Assembly: GCA_046594105.1 (NCBI GenBank)
Contig: JBKJQB010000234.1
Coordinates: 1 to 63,150, forward strand
Reading direction: 5' to 3'
Length of the DNA: 63,150 nucleotides
Origin: Thermoanaerobaculia bacterium
GTDB taxonomy: Bacteria; Acidobacteriota; Thermoanaerobaculia; Gp7-AA8
The notes under the pieces are model-generated. The model ran no database searches. It was not told where the DNA came from and saw only the letters and a list, made by a program, of their open reading frames with translations. Positions 57,545 to 63,150 of this stretch are shown piece after piece (within the stretch, counting starts at the first letter, position 1; each line of letters begins with the position of its first letter). A program made the translations under genes and the position numbers.

Positions 57545-58396
57545 TCAAAACTCCTTTCGTTGGAAAAGCCAGGAAGCGAGAGCGAGGCAGGCGACGCCAA
57601 AGGCCGCGGTCGATAGAAAGGGCGCCCAGCTGAGAGAAGCCGCGATCCTGGCGGGGGCCTGATTGCCCGACACGAAGGCGATGACTGCTCCACCCAGCTC
57701 GGCGGTCTTGGGAACGATCCAGTACAACGTGTTGATCACCCAGGCCTGCCACTCCTTCGAGACGGCGGCCGCGATGCGATCGTGGCCCACCAGCATCAGT
57801 GCGAAGAAGAAGAGACCGTACGTGGACATGATGGAGACACCGGTGGACGAGGTGATCACGCCGACCAGAAACGCAAATGCCATCAGGGTGGCGATGACGA
57901 ACAGGATCACGCCGCCTGCAAAGAAGAAACGCGGATGGACCACGTGCGTCTTCCAGATCACGATCAGCCAGATCGATCCGATCAGGTAGAGCACGTTGCT
58001 GCCGGCCAGAATCAGCCCGGCGACGTACCGGGAAAGGATCAGCTTCAGCCGCGACACCGGCCGGGAGAGATAGAGGTCGATCGTCCCTTTCTCCTGCATG
58101 CGCGGCACGAGGTGCGCCGTGGCGAACACCGCCAGGAAGGTGCAGAGGAAGTAGAGAACTGCGGAGAACCCCGACTCGAATCCAAGGACCAGCTTCTCGA
58201 TGGAGATGGCCTGGTTCATCTCCACGTTCTTCCCGAACAGTCTGGCGCTGGCCAGCGAGCCATCGACGATGTCGAGATTGATCGCTGAGGCGAAGATGAG
58301 AACGAAGATCGAGGAGAGGCAGAAGTAGGCGATCAGCGTCCAGCGCGCTGCAGCCTCACGCATCACGTCTTCGATGTTGGCGATGAGAGCCTTCAT
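57545..58396 (-). CDS. ABC transporter permease
   Basis: EKGTIDLYLSRPVSR motif and about six TM segments. Confidence 0.88.
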   Translation of the reverse strand: MKALIANIEDVMREAAARWTLIAYFCLSSIFVLIFASAINLDIVDGSLASARLFGKNVEMNQAISIEKLVLGFESGFSAVLYFLCTFLAVFATAHLVPRMQEKGTIDLYLSRPVSRLKLILSRYVAGLILAGSNVLYLIGSIWLIVIWKTHVVHPRFFFAGGVILFVIATLMAFAFLVGVITSSTGVSIMSTYGLFFFALMLVGHDRIAAAVSKEWQAWVINTLYWIVPKTAELGGAVIAFVSGNQAPARIAASLSWAPFLSTAAFGVACLALASWLFQRKEF

Positions 58397-59346
58397 AGCT
58401 GCACCTTCATTTGATGGACTTCCGGAGCGCGGATCAGATCGACGAACACATCTTCGAGCGAGGAACGGATGGGAGCGAGCTCGGTGATCAGTCCCCCCGA
58501 AGCGCGCAGCCGATCGACCAGTGCGTTGAGGTGCTGGACTCCCTCGACCGAAAGAACCACGTGCCCGTTGACTCGCTCGGCCCCCGCGCCGGTCTCCCGG
58601 AACGCTGCGAGCAGGGCGTCGTCGACGGGGGAAGCCACCAGTTTGTAACTCGATGTCGGGCGGGTGAGCTCTTCCACCGATCCGCCGACGGCGACCTTTC
58701 CCCGGCGTAGAACCGCCACACGGTCGCAGGTGAGCTCGATCTCGGACAACAGGTGGGAGTTGAGCAGGACCGCGGTCCCCCCCCTCGCTTCTTCGCGGAG
58801 CAGATCGCGGATCTCCCGTCTTCCCACCGGATCGACTCCATCGGTCGGCTCATCCAGCAGGAGCACTTCGGGGGAGTGCACCAGGGCTGCAGCAAGCCCC
58901 AGTCGCTGCGTCATGCCCTTGGAAAACTTCTTGACCCGCACGTCCATCCATTGCGACAGCCCGACCCGCTCCAGCAGAAGGCCGGTGCGCTGAACGATCT
59001 CTTTCGACTCCATCCCCGACATGCGCCCGAAGATGGACAGCGTCTGGCGAGCGGTCAGGTAACCAGGAATGCGATGCCCCTCGGGAAGGTAGCCCACCCG
59101 GCGCCGGCTCTCCGGATCGTGAACGCTGCGGCCGCCAATCCGGGCGTCGCCGGAAGTTGCCCGGGTGAGGTCGAGCAGGATCTTGACCGTGGTGGTTTTC
59201 CCCGCTCCATTAGGACCGAGCAGCCCGAACATTTCGCCTGGCTCCACGGTGAAGTCGATACCGTCGAGGGCAGTGATCGGAGCCTTCCCCATGGAGGATC
59301 GGTAGGTCTTCCGGAGAGCAGACACTTCGATTGCGTGTGGACTCAT
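58393..59346 (-). CDS. ABC transporter ATP-binding protein
   Basis: GPNGAGKTT, FSKGM, LDEPTDGVDP and SHLLSE motifs. Confidence 0.93.
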   Translation of the reverse strand: MSPHAIEVSALRKTYRSSMGKAPITALDGIDFTVEPGEMFGLLGPNGAGKTTTVKILLDLTRATSGDARIGGRSVHDPESRRRVGYLPEGHRIPGYLTARQTLSIFGRMSGMESKEIVQRTGLLLERVGLSQWMDVRVKKFSKGMTQRLGLAAALVHSPEVLLLDEPTDGVDPVGRREIRDLLREEARGGTAVLLNSHLLSEIELTCDRVAVLRRGKVAVGGSVEELTRPTSSYKLVASPVDDALLAAFRETGAGAERVNGHVVLSVEGVQHLNALVDRLRASGGLITELAPIRSSLEDVFVDLIRAPEVHQMKVQL

Positions 59347-59454
59347 GCTTCCTTTCCTCTACGGGCAAACCAGGGAGAGGTTGCGTCCATTGCCTGACGC
59401 GGCTGTTTCATGTGTTGGGTGGTCGTTGGTTCTGTATGATCTCGCACTCGCAAG

Positions 59455-62400
59455 ATGACCGACCGAGCCGTGTTTTTCGACCCCAGCCGCCGGCGATGGT
59501 GGTGGATCAAACGCATCGTGACGCTGCTGGGTCTGGCATCCGTGGCCACGATCAGCGTGTGGTTGATCAGCCTCTTCACCGCTCCGTTGCTTCCGGGGAT
59601 TCTCGGCCTGACCACTCCGATCAGCCGCAGCCTTCAACGCAGCCTTCATTTCTCCCGGCATCAGACGGAGTTGCAGCAGTTCAAACTCAAGAAGGATCGC
59701 GACCGCCTGTTCTCGGAGATTGCGAAAGATCGCCAGCAGAAACAGGCGCGGGCGGCACTTCCTCCGGTGAGCGGAGCGACCGGGATCGTCGCGGCGTTCT
59801 ATGCACCCTGGCAGGAGACGGGGCTGCATTCGCTGCGCGCCAACGCGTCACGGATGACGCACATCCTCCCCGCCTGGGTCCACCTTTCCGAGGATGCCCG
59901 CAGCCTCGATTTTCATGACTGGGATCCCGTCCTGACGCCCCACAACAACGACGTTCTGGAAGTTGCCCACACGAACAATCTGAACATCGTGCCGGTATTC
60001 AGCAACGCGCAGGTCTCCTCGAGTGGATCGGGAGAGTTCGATCCGAAACGCGTCCATCTCTTCCTTTCGGACCCTGTCCTTCAGGAGGCCATCATCCTGG
60101 AGCTCCGGAAGTGGATCCTGACGAATCGGTTTCAGGGCATCAACATCGATTTCGAAAACCTGGAGGATGCGGACTATGCACTGATGATTCCCTTTCTTCA
60201 GCGGATCAAGAGGGCGTTCGCGCCGAACCTGCTGGTAAGCATCGATCTGGAGGCCGACAAACCGCTCGACTGGAAGCTGGCCTCATCGATCTGCGACTTC
60301 GTGGTGATCATGGCCTACGACGAACACTCCCAGAACGATGCGCAGCCGGGCCCCATCGCCTCCATCAACTGGTATCGCGGGGTGGTGCAGCGCGCGTTGC
60401 GCAGCCAGATTCCCCGCGAGAAACTGGTGGTGGGCCTGGCGAACTACGCCTACGACTGGACCGTAGGAAAGGATGGAGCCGACCCGCTGACGTATCAGGG
60501 AGCTCTGCTGCTGGCTCAAAAATACCGGATCGATGCGCGAGAGCCTGGAGCTTTGCCTGAGAAAGCGGAAGACGTCATCGACTTCGACAGCAACTTTCTC
60601 AACCCCACCTTCTGGTATGTCGATGACGAGGGCAAAGACCACGAAGTGTGGATGCTCGATGCGGTGACGGCGGCGAATCAATGGCTGGTCGCCTCCAACT
60701 ATGGCGTTCGGGGAGTGGCCATCTGGGTGCTGGGATCCAGCGATCCATCCATCTGGACGTTCATTCATCGCGATCGCCTCAACGAGCCGCCGAACATGGG
60801 AGTGCTGCGCGACGTGAACTTTCCGTACGAAGTGGAGTTCGTGGGAGAAGGGGAAGTGGCCCACGTGGAGGCCTTGCCGACCAAAGGCTCGCGATCGCTG
60901 GAAGTCGATCCCAGCACCGGTCTGGCCGTCGACGAGAGCTACCATCAATTCCCTACCTCCTTCGTGATCTCCCGCAGCGGGTACCGGCCGAAGATGCTGG
61001 CCCTGACCATCGATGACGGCCCGGCAGAGCCCTACACGGCGCAGATGCTCGATGTGCTGAAGCAGGAGAAAGTCACCGCCACCTTCTTTCTGATCGGCCA
61101 GAACGCGGAGCGGTATCCGCAGCTGGTCAAGCGGATCTGGAGGGAGGGCCATGAGATCGGCAATCACAGTTACACCCACCCGAACATCGGAGCGATTCCA
61201 CTGACTCAGGCGCGACTGGAGCTGAACGCCACGCAGCGGGTGTTCCAGAGCCTGCTGCATCGTTCCACCCTCCTGTTCCGCCCCCCCTACAACGCGGATG
61301 CCGAGCCGACATCGGAAGAAGAAGTACGCCCGGTGGTCCTGGCTTCCAGCCTCAACTACATCACCATCCTGGAGTTTCTCGATCCTCAGGACTGGAACAC
61401 CGAAGAGCGAGGCCCGGATGGTCGCATCCATCACCGGACCGCTGCCGAGATGCTCCGGACGGTGGAGATGCAACTCGACTCCGAGCGGGGAAGCTGCGTT
61501 CTTCTGCACGACGGAGGAGGCAACCGCGCCGAGACGGTGAAGCTGATCCCTCTGATGGTGCGCACGCTGCGCGCGAAGGGCTACACCTTCGTCCCGGTAT
61601 CGGCCCTGATCAATTCGACGCGCGACCTGGTCAATCCGCCGGTCACCAAGTCCGACACCATGATGCTGGCGAACGATCGCGTGGTGTTCGAAGGCATCTA
61701 CCTCTTCGAGCTCTTTCTCAGTGTGGCTTTCGTCTCCGCCATCATTCTGGGAACGGCGCGCGTTGTGTTCGTGACGATTCTTGCTCTCGTCGCGCGCTGG
61801 CGGGAAAAGCGCGCGACGTTTGACGAGACCTACTCTCCCGCTCTGAGTGTGGTCATCGCCGCATTCAACGAGTCCAAGGTGGTGGTGCGAACCATCCAGT
61901 CCGTCCTGGACAACCACTATCCCGACCTCCAGATCATCGTGGTCGACGACGGTTCCACCGATGACACCAGCGAGCAGGTCCAGCAAGCCTTTGCCGGTCA
62001 TTCCTCCGTACGGTTGCTGCGTCAGGAAAACGGCGGGAAGGCCTCCGCCCTCAATCGGGGCATCGCCGCGACCACCGGCGACATCATCATCGCGCTGGAC
62101 GCCGATACCGTCTTCGGGCGCGACACAATCTCCAGACTGGTCCGGCACTTCGCCGATCCGCGCGTCGGCGCAGTGGCTGGCAACGTCAAGGTAGGCAACC
62201 GGATCAATCCGCTCACGCATTGGCAGTCGATCGAGTACGTGACCAGCCAGAACCTCGATCGTCGGGCCTACGCCGCCATCAACTCGGTCACCGTCGTTCC
62301 CGGCGCAGTCGGTGCCTGGCGTCGGGAGGCCATCCTTCAGGCCGGCGGCTACACCACCGACACCATGGCCGAAGACATGGACCTGACCTGGCGAATCCGC

Positions 62401-62997
62401 AGGATCGGGTGGCGGATCGATACCGAGTCCTCAGCGTTCGCGTACACGGAGGTGCCGGATCGTTTCGGCTCCCTGTTCAGGCAACGCTTTCGATGGGCGT
62501 TCGGCACTCTGCAGTGCCTGTGGAAACATCGCCGTGCCATCGGGCGCTACGGGTGGTTCGGGCGGGTGATGCTGCCAGCCCTGTGGCTTTTCCAGATCGT
62601 GTTCCAGGTGCTTTCGCCGTTGGTCGACCTGCAGATCCTCTGGGCGATCATCGGTGCCCTCCATGCATGGCTGCGAGGGCAGCTCACCCACGACTGGCAG
62701 CCGTTGCCGCAGGCGATGACTTCCCTCTATCTGATCGGGTTCATGTACGCGTTCTTCTTTGTGGTGGAGCTGATCGGGTCGCTGGTGGCATTCCGGCTCG
62801 ATCGAGAAGATCCCAAGGTTCTGGTCTGGCTCTTCTGGCAGAGATTCCTCTATCGGCAGCTGATGTACGCAGTGCTCCTCAAGTCGGTGAAGACCGCGGC
62901 ATCCGGCATCCGGACCGGGTGGGGAAAGCTCGAGAGGAAAGGCACGGTGGACTTCGGCGAACGCCCCGAGCTTCCCGCCACCGGACTGCAGCCGTAA
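59455..62997 (+). CDS. Tri-domain GH18-like / polysaccharide deacetylase / GT2 glycosyltransferase
   Basis: GINIDFE and MAYDEH (GH18-like); TIDDGP, HSYTHP, RPPY, LLHD (CE4); DDGS, DADT, AED, QRFRW (processive GT2) plus TM helices. Confidence 0.9.
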   Translation: MTDRAVFFDPSRRRWWWIKRIVTLLGLASVATISVWLISLFTAPLLPGILGLTTPISRSLQRSLHFSRHQTELQQFKLKKDRDRLFSEIAKDRQQKQARAALPPVSGATGIVAAFYAPWQETGLHSLRANASRMTHILPAWVHLSEDARSLDFHDWDPVLTPHNNDVLEVAHTNNLNIVPVFSNAQVSSSGSGEFDPKRVHLFLSDPVLQEAIILELRKWILTNRFQGINIDFENLEDADYALMIPFLQRIKRAFAPNLLVSIDLEADKPLDWKLASSICDFVVIMAYDEHSQNDAQPGPIASINWYRGVVQRALRSQIPREKLVVGLANYAYDWTVGKDGADPLTYQGALLLAQKYRIDAREPGALPEKAEDVIDFDSNFLNPTFWYVDDEGKDHEVWMLDAVTAANQWLVASNYGVRGVAIWVLGSSDPSIWTFIHRDRLNEPPNMGVLRDVNFPYEVEFVGEGEVAHVEALPTKGSRSLEVDPSTGLAVDESYHQFPTSFVISRSGYRPKMLALTIDDGPAEPYTAQMLDVLKQEKVTATFFLIGQNAERYPQLVKRIWREGHEIGNHSYTHPNIGAIPLTQARLELNATQRVFQSLLHRSTLLFRPPYNADAEPTSEEEVRPVVLASSLNYITILEFLDPQDWNTEERGPDGRIHHRTAAEMLRTVEMQLDSERGSCVLLHDGGGNRAETVKLIPLMVRTLRAKGYTFVPVSALINSTRDLVNPPVTKSDTMMLANDRVVFEGIYLFELFLSVAFVSAIILGTARVVFVTILALVARWREKRATFDETYSPALSVVIAAFNESKVVVRTIQSVLDNHYPDLQIIVVDDGSTDDTSEQVQQAFAGHSSVRLLRQENGGKASALNRGIAATTGDIIIALDADTVFGRDTISRLVRHFADPRVGAVAGNVKVGNRINPLTHWQSIEYVTSQNLDRRAYAAINSVTVVPGAVGAWRREAILQAGGYTTDTMAEDMDLTWRIRRIGWRIDTESSAFAYTEVPDRFGSLFRQRFRWAFGTLQCLWKHRRAIGRYGWFGRVMLPALWLFQIVFQVLSPLVDLQILWAIIGALHAWLRGQLTHDWQPLPQAMTSLYLIGFMYAFFFVVELIGSLVAFRLDREDPKVLVWLFWQRFLYRQLMYAVLLKSVKTAASGIRTGWGKLERKGTVDFGERPELPATGLQP

Positions 62998-63025
62998 CCC
63001 GCATTTCTCACACCCATCCTGCTGC

Positions 63026-63145
63026 GGACGCGGAAAGTGGCTCGTCTGCTTCGTTGCGCTCGGAATCGCTCCTCGACGTACCGTCAAGTACGCCGTCGTC
63101 GCGCTTCCTTCGCGCGCCTCGCATCCGAGCCACTCTGCGCGCCCT
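63026..63145. repeat. Structured intergenic element
   Basis: AGTGGCTCG pairs with CGAGCCACT, enclosing CGTAC...GTACG and further imperfect stems; at the window edge. Confidence 0.5.
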
Positions 63146-63150
63146 CGCGA

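Overview
High-GC bacterial chromosome segment that spans the replication origin. The HslU N-terminus, the Oar-type TonB receptor, the split atp operon and the gene order suggest Acidobacteriota (inference). Left of oriC, mostly on the minus strand: metX, topA, a sigma-54 regulator with a degenerate kinase, atpF'FHAGDC, a YkgJ protein, bactofilin, parB, parA, rsmG, mnmG, mnmE, jag, yidC, yidD, rnpA and rpmH. Right of oriC: dnaA, dnaN, recF, gyrB, gyrA, rng, tRNA-Asn, an aldehyde dehydrogenase, a TonB receptor, a TetR/ABC efflux unit, hslUV and recA. Two parS sites, DnaA-box-like motifs and DnaA-trios are visible. The best candidate for an uncharacterised system is a five-gene locus at 51010-56477: three predicted amide-bond ligases (two ATP-grasp types and one YbdK/GCS2), a class I glutamine amidotransferase-like enzyme and a divergent esterase. 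The window also holds several families of short structured intergenic repeats, one showing compensatory base changes, and a compact bidirectional leaderless promoter. No transposase, integrase, CRISPR array or rRNA was seen. All calls are by eye; no database search was run.
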